32,000 nt of DNA from Saccharolobus solfataricus (GCF_900079115.1 NZ_LT549890.1:2310001-2342000); one strand, 5' to 3'. Counted from the first letter of the stretch, positions 1-10,818 are shown. Notes: generated by a model from the sequence alone, not told the origin. Numbers and translations: made by a program.

Positions 1-208
1 GAAGTGTTGATTTACCAATCCCAGACGGACCTACTATAGCTATAAGCTCCTTATCTTTAGTATACATGTTAATGTTTTCGAATACTAAATATCCATTTGG
101 ATAAGCATATGCTATATCAATGGCCTCTAGGATTCTTCCAACAGATTCACCGTTTTCTCTCTTCTTGTAAATTCTTAAAAGCTTTTCGATAGTTTTCCCT
201 ATTATAAC
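1..208 (-). CDS. ABC transporter ATP-binding domain, N-terminal part only (gene runs off the window start)
   Basis: Minus-strand translation reads VIIGKTIEKLLRIYKKRENGESVGRILEAIDIAYAYPNGYLVFENINMYTKDKELIAIVGPSGIGKSTL, which is an ABC beta-1 strand plus Walker A GPSGIGKS. No ATG/GTG/TTG lies between the upstream in-frame TAG (209-211) and a Met only 12 codons before Walker A. Confidence 0.6.
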
Positions 209-448
209 CTAAGTTGGGGATTTATCCCTACGGCGAAAAATATTGAATATCCTCCTTATTTTTATAAAGGAGTTTAGTATTAATAACTCTGTTAAAAAGA
301 TCAAACAAAGATATATGATATTAAAAGGAATTGTAGTTAAAAGATGATATACTGTATATCCGTAAACGACTCTAACACTCTCCATTCCAATCTTATAATC
401 AACGAATGTAAGCATTAGAGAGACCAAACCGATAATAATCCACTTCAC
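209..448 (-). CDS. Small hydrophobic (about 2-TM) protein, in frame with the downstream ABC ATPase domain and separated from it only by TAG
   Basis: 79-aa ORF with two hydrophobic stretches followed by a basic tail (RRIFNIFRRRDK). Same reading frame as the ABC domain at 1-208. May be the membrane part of a nonsense-interrupted fusion gene. Confidence 0.35.
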   Translation of the reverse strand: MKWIIIGLVSLMLTFVDYKIGMESVRVVYGYTVYHLLTTIPFNIIYLCLIFLTELLILNSFIKIRRIFNIFRRRDKSPT

Positions 449-482
449 ATTAATAGTATTAAAAAACTAAAAAATAAACTTT

Positions 483-980
483 TTAGTTTCGATTAACCGT
501 CTGTATCTTCTTTAGATATTCCATTATTCCTCCAGCTTGTAGAATTTCTAGTGCCATTCCAGTTATGCCCTTCCCCTTAAGTACCTTATTACCAACTAGG
601 ATCTCGCCAGTCTCTACGTTAATTCTAACGTACTCATTTTCATTAATCTCCCTCGTTGAATTAGGTAACGTTATAACTGGTAATCCATTATTTATTGCAT
701 TTCTATAGAATATTCTAGCAAAAGACTCTGCAATTACTGCCTTAACTCCAGCAGCCTTTAGCGCTATGGCAGCTTGCTCTCTTGATGATCCCATTCCAAA
801 TACCTTACCAGCAACTATCACAACACCTTTTGATGCCTTCTTGTAAAACTCTGGATCTAAAGGTTCCATGGCATGTTGTGCTAAATATTGTGGATCAGTG
901 TACTTTAGGTACCTAGCTGGAATTATTATATCAGTATCTATCTTATCGCCAAACTTAATTACTGGACCCTCTATTATCAC
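483..980 (-). CDS. leuD: 3-isopropylmalate (or homoaconitate) dehydratase small subunit, LeuD/HacB family
   Basis: 165 aa with a typical aconitase swivel-domain sequence ([23 protein letters not shown]). GTG start directly abuts the stop of the large subunit gene. The substrate-loop sequence YLKYT does not let me separate IPMI from homoaconitase. Confidence 0.8.
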   Translation of the reverse strand: MIIEGPVIKFGDKIDTDIIIPARYLKYTDPQYLAQHAMEPLDPEFYKKASKGVVIVAGKVFGMGSSREQAAIALKAAGVKAVIAESFARIFYRNAINNGLPVITLPNSTREINENEYVRINVETGEILVGNKVLKGKGITGMALEILQAGGIMEYLKKIQTVNRN

Positions 981-2231
981 TTAGACCACCCTAGGATCTG
1001 CAATTTTACCTTCCAATGCACTAATAGCTGCAACGGCTGGACCAGATAGGTAAATTTTCGCCTCGTTGCTTCCCATTCTTCCTTTGAAGTTCCTAGAGCT
1101 TGTGGATACAATATTTTCACCTGGGCCAGCTATACCGAAGTGACCACCCAAACAAGGTCCACAAGTTCCATACGTTACAATACATCCCGCATCAACTAAT
1201 GTCTGTATATAACCTCTTTCTAAAGCCTCTTTAAACATTCTATAAGATGCAGGAATTGCGATACATCTACTCTTAACTTTCTTCCCCTTCATTATTTTGG
1301 CAGCTATCTCGAAATCACTTAGCCTGCCATTAGTACAAGAACCTATGTAAACTTGATCTACTGGAGTACCCTCTAATTCATTTACGACCTTAACGTTATC
1401 TACACTATGAGGAGCTGCAACTAGAGGTTCCATTTTGTCTAGTTGAATAGTGTACTCATCAACATATTTAGCTCCGTTATCTGGTGTAACTAATTCTGGT
1501 TCGTATCCTCTCATCTCTTTTATGTATCTCTTAGTTTCTTGATCTGGTACGAACATTAGGGCATCTGCATTCATTTCAATTCCCATATTTGATACTGTTG
1601 CCCTATAATCCATTGGAAAACTTAACGGATCCTTGACAAATATCTCTAACGTCATTCCATTAAAGTAATCTGCCTTGAAGTCTCCCAGTAACTTTAATGC
1701 GACATCCTTACCAGTTATCCATTTAGCGGGTTTACCTTCTAAAACTACTTTAAATGGTTGTGGTACTACTAACCAAGTTTTACCAGTTATTACAGCAGCT
1801 GCAATATCACTAGCTCCCATACCCTGAGCGAATGCTCCAACAGCACCGGAAGTAGTTGTATGACTATCCGCTGCTAAAATAACTTGTCCAGGATTCGCGT
1901 ACTGCTCTATCATAACCTCATGTAAAATTCCGTAATTTATGTCATAAAAATTAGGAATACCTTCCGATTTCACGAATTTCCTTATATAGCCTTGAATTTC
2001 GGCACTCCTTACATCTGGAGGTGGAGCTAGATGGTCGAACGCTATTACTAACTTGCTTTTATCGAAAACTTTAATCATGTTAGCCTTTTCCATTACCTCA
2101 ATTACATGATAACCAGTTAGGTCGTGAAATGCTACTAGGTCAACTTTAGCTTCTATAACGTCTCCCGGCGAAACGTCCTTTCCAGAAGCTCTACTTAAAA
2201 TTTTCTCGGTTAACGTTTTTGCTGACATCAA
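981..2231 (-). CDS. leuC: 3-isopropylmalate (or homoaconitate) dehydratase large subunit, aconitase family
   Basis: 416 aa with [12 protein letters not shown] and Fe-S cluster Cys motifs (GTCGPCLG). Operon with the small subunit gene. Confidence 0.85.
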   Translation of the reverse strand: MMSAKTLTEKILSRASGKDVSPGDVIEAKVDLVAFHDLTGYHVIEVMEKANMIKVFDKSKLVIAFDHLAPPPDVRSAEIQGYIRKFVKSEGIPNFYDINYGILHEVMIEQYANPGQVILAADSHTTTSGAVGAFAQGMGASDIAAAVITGKTWLVVPQPFKVVLEGKPAKWITGKDVALKLLGDFKADYFNGMTLEIFVKDPLSFPMDYRATVSNMGIEMNADALMFVPDQETKRYIKEMRGYEPELVTPDNGAKYVDEYTIQLDKMEPLVAAPHSVDNVKVVNELEGTPVDQVYIGSCTNGRLSDFEIAAKIMKGKKVKSRCIAIPASYRMFKEALERGYIQTLVDAGCIVTYGTCGPCLGGHFGIAGPGENIVSTSSRNFKGRMGSNEAKIYLSGPAVAAISALEGKIADPRVV

Positions 2232-2316
2232 TAAGAAGTTAAAATTATTAATAAATAAGCATTTCTTACGAAGGAATTATATTTACATCGTAACAAATTC
2301 GAAAAAGAAACTCATT

Positions 2317-3612
2317 TTATTTTTGATCCTTGCATCTCTCGTAAAGTCTCTTTGCCAAATTTATCCTTATTCTCCAATCTACTATGGGATTAGGATAGTT
2401 TTTAAGAGTGTACTTATACGCATTATGTATAATCTTTGCATCATAGTCTTCCAACTCCTTTACCCACCTTTTTATATATTTAGCCTCAGGGTCATAGGTG
2501 ATCTGTTGCTTCCAAGGATCGAAAACTCTAAATATATAATCAGTGCCTACTGATGCTATCCATTGCCAGTTTCCATTATTTACTGAAGGATCATAATCGA
2601 TTAATTTACTTGCGAAGTACCTCTCACCAATTTTCCAATCAATTAGAAGAACCTTAACTAAGAAAAATGCTGTAAGCATCCTAACTCTATTTGGCATATC
2701 ACCAGTTTGATTTAATTGTCTCATTCCAGCATCTATTATGGGATATCCAGTTTTTCCATGAACCCATGCTTGAAGTAATTTTTCATTGTTTCCCCATTCG
2801 ATGCAACTATATTCCCTTCTTAACGGCTCGTAGAATACCCTCTCATTATAGTAGGCCAATAAGGTATAGAAATCCCTCCAATACAATTGCCTGATTATCG
2901 CTTGATTGTCTACTAGAGAATAATAAACTTCTCTTACGGATAAGGTTCCAAATTTCAGATGAGGTGAAAGGAAGGTCCTATTGTCCTCCGCCACGAAATC
3001 TCTCCTACTGTAATCGATTTGCTTCGCTCTATCTATTAGTTTTAAGCCCTCCTTTCTTCCTCCTCTTTCCCCTTGGCTAGGTGGTAATTCGTATTCATCT
3101 CCTAAAGAATTTTTATAGTAGTTAGTATAATTATTTTGAATGGGCTTCCTAACTTGTTTATTCTTTACTGCATTATAGAATGTTGTGAAATTCTTATAGT
3201 TCTTAAAATCATTTTTCGATGTAAGTAAGTAATCCTCAAAAGACTTCATAACTTTTCCTCTTTCTTCGCAGTATTTGCGAATCCTTTCGTCCCTCATTTT
3301 ACTAAAGGGCGTATAATCCTCATTTAGATATACTGCATCAACATCTTTAAGTAAGCTCTTTATTACTTCCTCAGCTAGTCCGAAATAGACATAAAGTCTT
3401 GATCCTCTCTTTCCTAACTCGTCATTTAGCTCATTCAAGGAATTAATCATGAAATTTATGGCAAACTCTGATTTGTACTGGTTTTCATCACCGACTTGCC
3501 TGGGATCTAATATAAAAGTTGGAATAACTTTCTCGCAGTTTCCTAAAGCCTTAATTAATCCAGTATTATCATCTAATCTCAAATCCCTTCTAAATATAAA
3601 TAGACAGAGCAC
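2317..3612 (-). CDS. phr: Deoxyribodipyrimidine photolyase (cryptochrome/photolyase family)
   Basis: 431 aa. N-terminal FRRDLRLDDN, C-terminal FAD-binding motifs WRDFY and DYDPSVNNGNWQW. Confidence 0.85.
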   Translation of the reverse strand: MLCLFIFRRDLRLDDNTGLIKALGNCEKVIPTFILDPRQVGDENQYKSEFAINFMINSLNELNDELGKRGSRLYVYFGLAEEVIKSLLKDVDAVYLNEDYTPFSKMRDERIRKYCEERGKVMKSFEDYLLTSKNDFKNYKNFTTFYNAVKNKQVRKPIQNNYTNYYKNSLGDEYELPPSQGERGGRKEGLKLIDRAKQIDYSRRDFVAEDNRTFLSPHLKFGTLSVREVYYSLVDNQAIIRQLYWRDFYTLLAYYNERVFYEPLRREYSCIEWGNNEKLLQAWVHGKTGYPIIDAGMRQLNQTGDMPNRVRMLTAFFLVKVLLIDWKIGERYFASKLIDYDPSVNNGNWQWIASVGTDYIFRVFDPWKQQITYDPEAKYIKRWVKELEDYDAKIIHNAYKYTLKNYPNPIVDWRIRINLAKRLYERCKDQK

Positions 3613-3681
3613 GTTTCTTTTTAATTCTGGAGTTATTAGATTTATGTTAAAAGGAGTTAGAATAAAAGGGAATTTAACATT

Positions 3682-5529
3682 ATGTATTATATGACTAGAT
3701 ATTTGATTTTGGGAAACGGTTCATTAACAGTTCTCTACGACAATAATTTTACAGTTAGAGAGATATACTGGCCATTAACAACTACAAATAATTTACATAG
3801 AGGTAGGTTTGGTGTTTTTGTTAATGGTAAGTTCTCATGGTTAGATAATTTAAATCCAAAGATCGGATATTCGGATGATACTTTAGCGGTATATTCATCT
3901 TTTTCCTTTGAGGGAATCGATTTTAATTTAGAAGATGTAATAGATATGGCTTATGATATTTGGATAAGGAAAGTTTCAGCAAAAAACGTAGAGGATAAGG
4001 ATGTCAGAGTTTTTACCGCATTTGATTTTCATGTTGGAGGAACACCAGACGGTAATACTGCACTTTTTGATCCTTACTCTGAGTCCATGATACAATATAA
4101 AGGTTCTAGGTGGTTTTTGCTTTCATCTTCTATTCCCTTTTACCAGTATGCTACGGGAATTAAGGAATATAAGGGACTTTTAGGGACATGGAAAGATTGT
4201 GAAGATGGTGAACTTTCAGGTAATCCAATTGCTCAAGGTTCAGTTGATTTTGCTAGTAGTTTCAAATTGTATGGAGAGGATTTCTATATATGGCTGGTAG
4301 CCGGTAAAAATTATAACGAAGTTAGAGGATTGAACGATTACGTGAGGAAGAGAACACCCCAGATATTATTCAAAAGGGTTAAGGATTATTGGAGAGCATG
4401 GCTAAGTAAAGTAAGTGATTACGGTGAGTACAATTCGATTTTAAAGAGAAGCTTACTGATTTTGCAATCACATATACAGAACAATGGTGCCATAGTAGCT
4501 TCACTAGATACTGATATTATGAAGTTTAATAGGGATACATACAATTATGTATGGCATAGGGATGCGGTATTCTGTATTTTAGCCCTTGAACTAATGGGCT
4601 ATTTTGATAGATCTAGACAATTCTTTGAATTTACTAGAAGGCTTTTCACCATAAACGGAGCTCTATTTCATAAATATACTGTTGATGGACATTTTGGTTC
4701 CACATGGCATCCTTGGACTTTAGACTATTTGCCTATTCAAGAAGATGAGACTGCATTAGTACTTTATGCCTTATGGTTTCATTTCTCAAGGTGGAAAGAT
4801 GTTGATTTTATAAAGACGTACTATAGGCCTATGGTGAAGGGAATAGCTGATTTCTTAGTAAATTACAGGGAAAAGGTAACTGGTCTTCCACTTCTCTCAT
4901 TCGATCTATGGGAAGAGAGGATTGGTATTCACTTTTATACTACAATAACTGTAATTGCAGGATTAAGAGCTGCAGCGAATTTTGCAAGATATTTTGGAGA
5001 AGATGATTTAGCACAGAAATATGAAAGCGTTGCAGATCAGATGCGTAGCGCGTTAGATTTATTTTGGGTTAGTGATCATTATGCAAGAACAATATACATA
5101 AGGGAAAGTCAAGTTTATAAGATAGATAAGACTGTTGACTCGAGTACGTTATTGGCGCCAATATTCAATGTAATTCCAATTGATAATTCTCGTTTTGTAA
5201 AAAATTTAGAGACTGTTGTAGAGACGTTAGGTATTAGAGGGGGATTAGCTAGATATGAGGGTGATCAATATTTGAGAGGAGGTAATAATCCAAATATTTG
5301 GTTTATATCTACATTATGGTTATCTGAAGTTTATTCGCTAATTGGCGATAAAGAAAAAGCTAAGGAGAAGATAGATTGGGTTTTGTCAAAATCTTTATCT
5401 ACGGGTGTTATACCAGAGCAAATCGACGAGAATAATAATTATCCATCAGTTTCACCTTTAGCGTGGAGTCATGCCGAGCTAATAAGGGCAATTTATGCAT
5501 TAAGAAATAATATATTGGATCAGAGATAA
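3682..5529 (+). CDS. Glycoside hydrolase family 15 protein (glucoamylase/trehalase-type)
   Basis: 615 aa. (alpha/alpha)6 catalytic-domain motifs including SFDLWEER (general acid Glu region). Archaeal GH15 architecture with an N-terminal beta-domain. The start could also be the ATG at 3691. Confidence 0.75.
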   Translation: MYYMTRYLILGNGSLTVLYDNNFTVREIYWPLTTTNNLHRGRFGVFVNGKFSWLDNLNPKIGYSDDTLAVYSSFSFEGIDFNLEDVIDMAYDIWIRKVSAKNVEDKDVRVFTAFDFHVGGTPDGNTALFDPYSESMIQYKGSRWFLLSSSIPFYQYATGIKEYKGLLGTWKDCEDGELSGNPIAQGSVDFASSFKLYGEDFYIWLVAGKNYNEVRGLNDYVRKRTPQILFKRVKDYWRAWLSKVSDYGEYNSILKRSLLILQSHIQNNGAIVASLDTDIMKFNRDTYNYVWHRDAVFCILALELMGYFDRSRQFFEFTRRLFTINGALFHKYTVDGHFGSTWHPWTLDYLPIQEDETALVLYALWFHFSRWKDVDFIKTYYRPMVKGIADFLVNYREKVTGLPLLSFDLWEERIGIHFYTTITVIAGLRAAANFARYFGEDDLAQKYESVADQMRSALDLFWVSDHYARTIYIRESQVYKIDKTVDSSTLLAPIFNVIPIDNSRFVKNLETVVETLGIRGGLARYEGDQYLRGGNNPNIWFISTLWLSEVYSLIGDKEKAKEKIDWVLSKSLSTGVIPEQIDENNNYPSVSPLAWSHAELIRAIYALRNNILDQR

Positions 5530-5619
5530 ATGGCAATTTTATCTATTCTCTTTTATCATTATAAATTAAGTTTACAAGTTACCAAAAGATTTTTAAGAGT
5601 TTTATGAAATCCTCTAATT

Positions 5620-6015
5620 ATGCAAGGTAAATCCGAAATAAGCATGCCGGATGGAAGAGTAGCTGATGTATTCAATGTAGTAAAATTCCTTTATGGGCTT
5701 AGTGATAGAGATATAGAAATTTTGAAACTACTAATTAAATCCCAGAGTTCTCTTACCATGGAAGAAATATCTAGCGAATTAAACATTACAAAATCTGTTG
5801 TAAATAAATCCATATTAAATCTTGAGAAGAAGAATATAGTGATTAAAGAAAAAGTGGAGTCTTCTAAAAAAGGGAGAAGGGCATATACATACAGAGTGGA
5901 TGTAAATTATTTAACTAGAAAACTAGTTACTGATCTAGATCAATTAATAAAAGATTTGAAGGTAAAGATAGCTGATGTTATAGGGATTCAGATAGAAAAA
6001 ACTGCTAGTGTATGA
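5620..6015 (+). CDS. Lrs14-family winged-helix transcriptional regulator
   Basis: 131 aa. Pattern LYGLSDRDIEILKLL...MEEISSELNITKSVVNKSILNLEKKNIVIKEKV...KKGRRAYTYRV matches the crenarchaeal Lrs14-type wHTH layout as I remember it. Confidence 0.6.
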   Translation: MQGKSEISMPDGRVADVFNVVKFLYGLSDRDIEILKLLIKSQSSLTMEEISSELNITKSVVNKSILNLEKKNIVIKEKVESSKKGRRAYTYRVDVNYLTRKLVTDLDQLIKDLKVKIADVIGIQIEKTASV

Positions 6016-6030
6016 AGTAAAAATATTGTC

Positions 6031-6321
6031 TTATTGTCTTATAGATAATACGCTATTGATTTTCTCTTTTAATTGATCCATATTCTTTCTCATTTCATTA
6101 AATTTCCTTATATCTTCAAGTAGTTCCTCTCCCTTTTTAGTTAACATATATTGTTTTCCTTCTTGTCTTATGATTTCCAAATCCATTAACATTTTTATAT
6201 ATCTTCCAGTTAGAGCATAGCTCAGATTTGCACCATACATTATTCTGGTCTTTGGAGAACCAGATTTACATGCCTCAAGTATTGCTTGTATAATTTCTAG
6301 CTTGCTTCTTTTCTTAGCCAT
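6031..6321 (-). CDS. Small winged-helix DNA-binding protein
   Basis: 96 aa. wHTH-like pattern [36 protein letters not shown] followed by a coiled C-terminal tail. Divergent from the ParA-like gene at 6457. Confidence 0.5.
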   Translation of the reverse strand: MAKKRSKLEIIQAILEACKSGSPKTRIMYGANLSYALTGRYIKMLMDLEIIRQEGKQYMLTKKGEELLEDIRKFNEMRKNMDQLKEKINSVLSIRQ

Positions 6322-6456
6322 GGTAAACTTTCTATATATTGAAGTTTATAAACTTTTGCTTTACATCCGATGTATTACTAGTCTTTTTAGCCACTAGTTG
6401 TCTCTACTTTCTCATATCACTGGAAAGTGCTAATTTATTTAAGCTGTAATTATTAA

Positions 6457-7203
6457 ATGATTCTTGTAATGGAAAGAATTGATATAGCTAGTGTTAAAGG
6501 TGGTGTAGGAAAATCATTTATAGCTTATTTTCTGACTAGAGAACTAGCTAAAAGTCGTAGAATATTACTGATAGATAAAGATTTGACGTCTACAATTAGT
6601 AGGGTTTACAATATAAAAGGAAACTTATTATCTTACTTGGTGGGAGGTATATTACCTTCAATGTATTTCAGAGAAGTTGAAAATGGACTTACAGTAGTTA
6701 ACGTAGGCTGCAGTAGAAAGATAAAAAATGTAGAACCCAGAAAAATAGCAGAGATTTATAGTGGGTTTTCGGATTACGATTTGATGATAGTTGATAACCC
6801 ATCAATACCTTCAGATGTTTGTCTGGATACTGAGCTTCAAGCTTACTATACCTTTTTAAACGAGAAGAGATTAGATTATAATTTAATCGTGGTATTACCT
6901 TCTAATCAGTTTCTATTAGACGAAAGTCTAGCATTCATGCAATTATTTGCGGATTATATTAAGAATGAGTTAAGTACGTCTCTGGGAAACGATTCAGTAA
7001 ACTTTGATATAGTATCTTCAGTAATAAACATGTATAACCCTAGGGAGAAAATAGATATCACCAAGGTTGAGAATCTAACTAATAGAATAGTTAAAATTCC
7101 ATTCAAAAAGGAAGCCATTTACACACCTCTTAATCAACTAAATATGCCGAAGGAGATTAATGAATTAGCGAAATACGTACTGGAATATCTAGAGAGTAAG
7201 TGA
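6457..7203 (+). CDS. ParA/MinD-superfamily ATPase with deviant Walker A (orphan ParA-like 1)
   Basis: KGGVGKS deviant Walker A, LLIDKD (Walker A prime), DLMIVDN (Walker B). The TATA-like TTTATTTAA at 6435-6443 favours a leaderless start at the second ATG (6469, MERIDIASVKGG). Confidence 0.7.
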   Translation: MILVMERIDIASVKGGVGKSFIAYFLTRELAKSRRILLIDKDLTSTISRVYNIKGNLLSYLVGGILPSMYFREVENGLTVVNVGCSRKIKNVEPRKIAEIYSGFSDYDLMIVDNPSIPSDVCLDTELQAYYTFLNEKRLDYNLIVVLPSNQFLLDESLAFMQLFADYIKNELSTSLGNDSVNFDIVSSVINMYNPREKIDITKVENLTNRIVKIPFKKEAIYTPLNQLNMPKEINELAKYVLEYLESK

Positions 7204-7331
7204 AATGAAACTCTTCTTGGTTTCTGTTTATAAAGTAAATACCATACTATAGGTACTTTGATGTTTCAAACGATATAATGAAAGAAAGAATTATATATAT
7301 GAATTTCGAGGCGTTTGATAGAGGGTAAAAA

Positions 7332-7526
7332 ATGGTAAGTGGAAAAAATATAATAGCCGGAATATTACTTATAATACCATTTATTGCATATTTCGCAATA
7401 CCAACATATAATAAAGTAGAACCAGACTTAGGGGGGTTACCATTTTTCTATTGGTACCAAACATTATGGTTAGCACTATCGACTATACTTTTCTCAATAG
7501 CTGCACTTATTCTCACAAGAAGGTGA
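7332..7526 (+). CDS. Small 2-TM membrane protein, accessory subunit of the downstream symporter (DUF3311-like)
   Basis: 64 aa with two hydrophobic helices. Its stop lies 5 nt before the symporter ATG, and a GGTGA (7522-7526) overlaps its end. This pairing is typical for SSS-family transporters. Confidence 0.6.
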   Translation: MVSGKNIIAGILLIIPFIAYFAIPTYNKVEPDLGGLPFFYWYQTLWLALSTILFSIAALILTRR

Positions 7527-7531
7527 GGTAG

Positions 7532-9049
7532 ATGCTAGGATTAGCTGGAATAATAGCCTTTATAGCACTATTTGTAGTATTTATATTCCTTGGATTTTAT
7601 GGTGCCTATTGGAGAAGAGGAAATCTGGATTTACTTCACGAATGGGGATTGGCGGGAAGGAGACTGGGCACAATTCTAGTGTGGTTCTTAATGGGTGCGG
7701 ATTTATATACAGCATATACATTTATTGCGGTGCCATCGAGCCTTTATGCTAAGGGTGCTATATATTTCTTCGCAGTACCCTATGTTTCTCTAACCTTTGC
7801 AATAGCCATGTTAACAATGCCTAAACTATGGATTGTCTCGAGAAATAGAGGCTACGTGACTGCTGCTGATTTTGTGAAAGATAGGTTTAACAGTAGTATT
7901 TTAGCAGCTTTGATAGCACTAACTGGGGTAGTTGCTGAATTACCTTATATAGCGTTACAGATAGTAGGTATGAAATCAGTCTTACAGATTATGTTATTAG
8001 GAATTGGTAACGCGGGCTTAGTATCTGAGATTTCCTTAATAATCTCCTTCATAATTTTAGCGGCATTTACATACACTTCAGGTCTAAGGGGTGCTGCATT
8101 AACTGGCGTTTTTAAAGATATTTTGATTTGGATAACGGTGATATCAGTAATTGTAATTGTCCCACTACAATACGGGGGTTTCATCCATGCCTTTAATTCT
8201 ATAAATTTAGCAAAGCTCTCAGCTAGATATGATACACTACCGGATAATCTCCAAATGGCATATTGGAGTCTATTCTTCGGTAGTGCATTAGCTCTATACC
8301 TTTATCCACATTCAATAAATGGCTCATTAAGCGCTGATGATAAGAATAGGTTAATGTATAGTACAGCATTATTACCAATTTATGGCATTGGTCTAGCAAT
8401 AATAGCAATGTTTGGCATTTTAATTTACGCGGTACCAAATGCATTAGGTATTGTATCTAAATACGGTGGTGCTCTCACGGTTCCCGCGTTAATAACATCG
8501 ACCATGCCAGATTGGGCTGCTGGTATAATGCTACTTGGCATATTTGTTGGTGGTTTAGTCCCAGCTGCAATAATGGCAATAGCAGCAGCTAATTTACTGG
8601 TGAGAAATGTAATAAAAGAGGCAAAACCTAGCATTACACCAAAAGGGGAAACCACGCTAGCTAAGTGGATTTCGGCTGTTATAAAGTTCTTAGCTTTAGC
8701 TTTCGTTTTCCTAGTCCCGTCCACGTACGCAATCAACCTCCAATTATTGGGTGGAATAATTATAACACAGACATTACCGGCAGTGTTCCTAGGTTTATAC
8801 ACTAAATGGTTTAATCCATGGGCATTAACTGCGGGATGGGCTACTGGAATTATAAGCGGAACTTATATGTTTTTCACATTTGGGTTGCCTCGTGCAACAT
8901 CTCTATATCCGACACCTTTCGGTTTAATGTATGCTGCAGTGATAGCGCTAGTGTTGAATTTGGTAGTTTCAGTGATAGGTACACTTATAGCTTCTGCCCT
9001 CGGATTTAAGACTAGAAGTAATATATCTGCGGAGGATCTAAAGGGATAA
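7532..9049 (+). CDS. Sodium:solute symporter family (SSS) transporter
   Basis: 505 aa with about 13 predicted TM segments and an overall SSS-like pattern. Translationally coupled to the small membrane ORF upstream. Confidence 0.7.
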   Translation: MLGLAGIIAFIALFVVFIFLGFYGAYWRRGNLDLLHEWGLAGRRLGTILVWFLMGADLYTAYTFIAVPSSLYAKGAIYFFAVPYVSLTFAIAMLTMPKLWIVSRNRGYVTAADFVKDRFNSSILAALIALTGVVAELPYIALQIVGMKSVLQIMLLGIGNAGLVSEISLIISFIILAAFTYTSGLRGAALTGVFKDILIWITVISVIVIVPLQYGGFIHAFNSINLAKLSARYDTLPDNLQMAYWSLFFGSALALYLYPHSINGSLSADDKNRLMYSTALLPIYGIGLAIIAMFGILIYAVPNALGIVSKYGGALTVPALITSTMPDWAAGIMLLGIFVGGLVPAAIMAIAAANLLVRNVIKEAKPSITPKGETTLAKWISAVIKFLALAFVFLVPSTYAINLQLLGGIIITQTLPAVFLGLYTKWFNPWALTAGWATGIISGTYMFFTFGLPRATSLYPTPFGLMYAAVIALVLNLVVSVIGTLIASALGFKTRSNISAEDLKG

Positions 9050-9114
9050 AAGTTAAAACTCAAACTCTTTTTTATTTTAAAATCTTATTTACCTTCTAGT
9101 GGTATATTCTAATT

Positions 9115-9858
9115 ATGGAATACGAGAAAATAGCTGAAGAACTTATTTCCTCTTCTTACGCGATAGCCTTTACCGGAGCCGGAATTAGTACGGCTTCCGG
9201 CATCCCTGATTTTAGAGGTCCACAAGGATTATGGAAAAAATACTCACCGGAACTAGCTACTGTAGAATATTTTGAAAAAGATCCAAAAAAATTTTGGGAA
9301 TTCTATTCATTAAGGATGAGAGGATTATTTAAAGCTCAACCGAACAAAGCACACTACTCTTTAGCTGCATTAGAAAAGATGGGACTTATAAAGGTCATAA
9401 TAACGCAAAATATTGATGGCTTACATCAGAAAGCTGGATCTAAGAACGTTATTGAACTTCACGGAACTATGAGGAGATCGTATTGTGTTTCATGCTTAAA
9501 GACTTATGACTCTTTAGACGTCTTAGATATGATAGAAAAAGGTGTTCTTCCACCTAAATGTGGTTGTGGCGGTACAATAAGGCCAGATGTTGTACTTTTT
9601 GGAGAACCAGTGAAGAATATTTATGAGGCTTTAAGTATTGCTTATCAGTCTGATCTTGTAATCTCGATTGGTTCTTCGTTAACTGTATATCCAGCTAATA
9701 TGATTCCACAAACCGTTAAAGAAAGAGGTGGTAAGTTAATAATTTTAAACATGGAGGAGACTCCATTGGATAGTGTTGCGGATTACGTTATCAGGGAACC
9801 CATAGAAATTTCATTGCCTAAGATAGAGGAGGCGGTGAGGCAGAAAATACTTTCATGA
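9115..9858 (+). CDS. sir2: NAD-dependent protein deacetylase, Sir2 family
   Basis: GAGISTASGIPDFRG, TQNIDGLH, and zinc ribbon CVSC...CGCGG. 247 aa. Confidence 0.9.
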   Translation: MEYEKIAEELISSSYAIAFTGAGISTASGIPDFRGPQGLWKKYSPELATVEYFEKDPKKFWEFYSLRMRGLFKAQPNKAHYSLAALEKMGLIKVIITQNIDGLHQKAGSKNVIELHGTMRRSYCVSCLKTYDSLDVLDMIEKGVLPPKCGCGGTIRPDVVLFGEPVKNIYEALSIAYQSDLVISIGSSLTVYPANMIPQTVKERGGKLIILNMEETPLDSVADYVIREPIEISLPKIEEAVRQKILS

Positions 9859-9877
9859 GTCCCAGTGGTGTTTTTAA

Positions 9878-10093
9878 ATGACGAATAATAACATGATTGA
9901 AGAAGAAGAGGAATTGAAATTGATAAAGCAAATATTTTTAGTAATCAAGGAGAATGTTCCAGACGACTGTAGGGATCTGGTAATAAATAGATTAGTGGAC
10001 AAGTTAATGAATGATATTAAGGATCTCGGTGTTAAGGAGACGATGAAAAAATGGTTAGGAGAGGAAGAGGATGAACTTATCTTAGTTCATTAG
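9878..10093 (+). CDS. Small acidic hypothetical protein
   Basis: 71-aa ORF, 20 nt downstream of sir2 on the same strand. Glu-rich at both termini. No recognisable motif. Confidence 0.35.
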   Translation: MTNNNMIEEEEELKLIKQIFLVIKENVPDDCRDLVINRLVDKLMNDIKDLGVKETMKKWLGEEEDELILVH

Positions 10094-10113
10094 ATCAGTC
10101 GCGGATTTGCTCT

Positions 10114-10818
10114 TCACCTTTCAGTGCTTAGCCCGTTCTTCATCTTTATTAAATCTTGAGACGCCTCTTCTATATCTTTTATTGTATCTATTGATCTCCA
10201 ATATGCATCATAATACTTGACTCCTATTAATAATGATTCTTTAGCGAGTTTCGGAAAAGTAAGTTTTTCCATGTCTCCCTTTTCTGGTAAGTATTTGAAT
10301 ATTTCATTTTTCATTAAATACACTCCTGCATTTATCCAGTAGTTTTCTAAGATTGGCTTCTCTTTAAAATCTACAATCTTATCATCTTTGGTTTCAACTA
10401 TTCCGTATGGACTCTTTAGGGGAACTAGTGACATTGCCATTATGTTTTCGCTAGGTACTCTTAACTTACTTATGTCCAAATTAGTTATTATATCACCATT
10501 GATGACAATAAATGCGTTTTCTGTACTTAATAATCTTTCGACCTTCCTAAGTGCCCCTCCAGTACCTAAAGGTTCCTCTTCTATTGAAAAATAGGTTGAA
10601 ATTCCCAATCTCTTTTCATTTTCACTTAGCCACTTTATAAGAACCTCCCATTTATAGCCTGTTAGTATTACAAAAGATGTTATACCAAATTGCTTAAGCC
10701 ATGAGATCTGCCATTCAATAATTGGTTTTCCAGCAACTTCAATTAATGGCTTAGGTTTATCATCTGTAAGTGGTCTTAATCTCTTACCATAACCGCCAGC
10801 TAGTATAACGGCATGCAT
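10114..10818 (-). CDS. Sugar-1-phosphate nucleotidyltransferase (NDP-sugar pyrophosphorylase)
   Basis: N-terminal [23 protein letters not shown] signature. 234 aa. Confidence 0.8.
   Translation of the reverse strand: MHAVILAGGYGKRLRPLTDDKPKPLIEVAGKPIIEWQISWLKQFGITSFVILTGYKWEVLIKWLSENEKRLGISTYFSIEEEPLGTGGALRKVERLLSTENAFIVINGDIITNLDISKLRVPSENIMAMSLVPLKSPYGIVETKDDKIVDFKEKPILENYWINAGVYLMKNEIFKYLPEKGDMEKLTFPKLAKESLLIGVKYYDAYWRSIDTIKDIEEASQDLIKMKNGLSTER

Noticed and set aside
2232-2316. Leader or attenuator upstream of the leuCD-type operon
   Set aside because: I saw no leader peptide with Leu codon runs and no alternative hairpins. It looks like an ordinary AT-rich archaeal promoter region.
2323-3694. 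Plus-strand ORFs 2323-2553, 2691-2894 and 3449-3694 inside or overlapping the photolyase gene
   Set aside because: They lie antisense to a well-supported 431-aa gene, have low-complexity hydrophobic composition and carry no motifs. They are typical shadow ORFs.
6377-6398. Two ACTAGT hexamers upstream of ParA-like gene 1 as a centromere or operator
   Set aside because: Two copies of a 6-bp palindrome are easily chance in AT-rich DNA. They are mentioned in the finding but not annotated as a feature.
7945-9063. Five short ORFs (7945-8184, 8223-8444, 8425-8802, 8818-9009, 8863-9063) overlapping the symporter gene
   Set aside because: All are antisense or out of frame within a continuous 505-aa membrane transporter ORF. 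They are shadow ORFs.
10388-10594. Other track ORFs antisense to or nested within larger genes (10388-10594, 11621-11860, 18043-18258, 20109-20300, 20755-21021, 21461-21700, 22360-22623, 23419-23601, 25967-26242, 29059-29289, 29404-29781, 31499-31684)
   Set aside because: Each lies opposite to or inside a longer ORF with recognisable family motifs, and none has motifs of its own.
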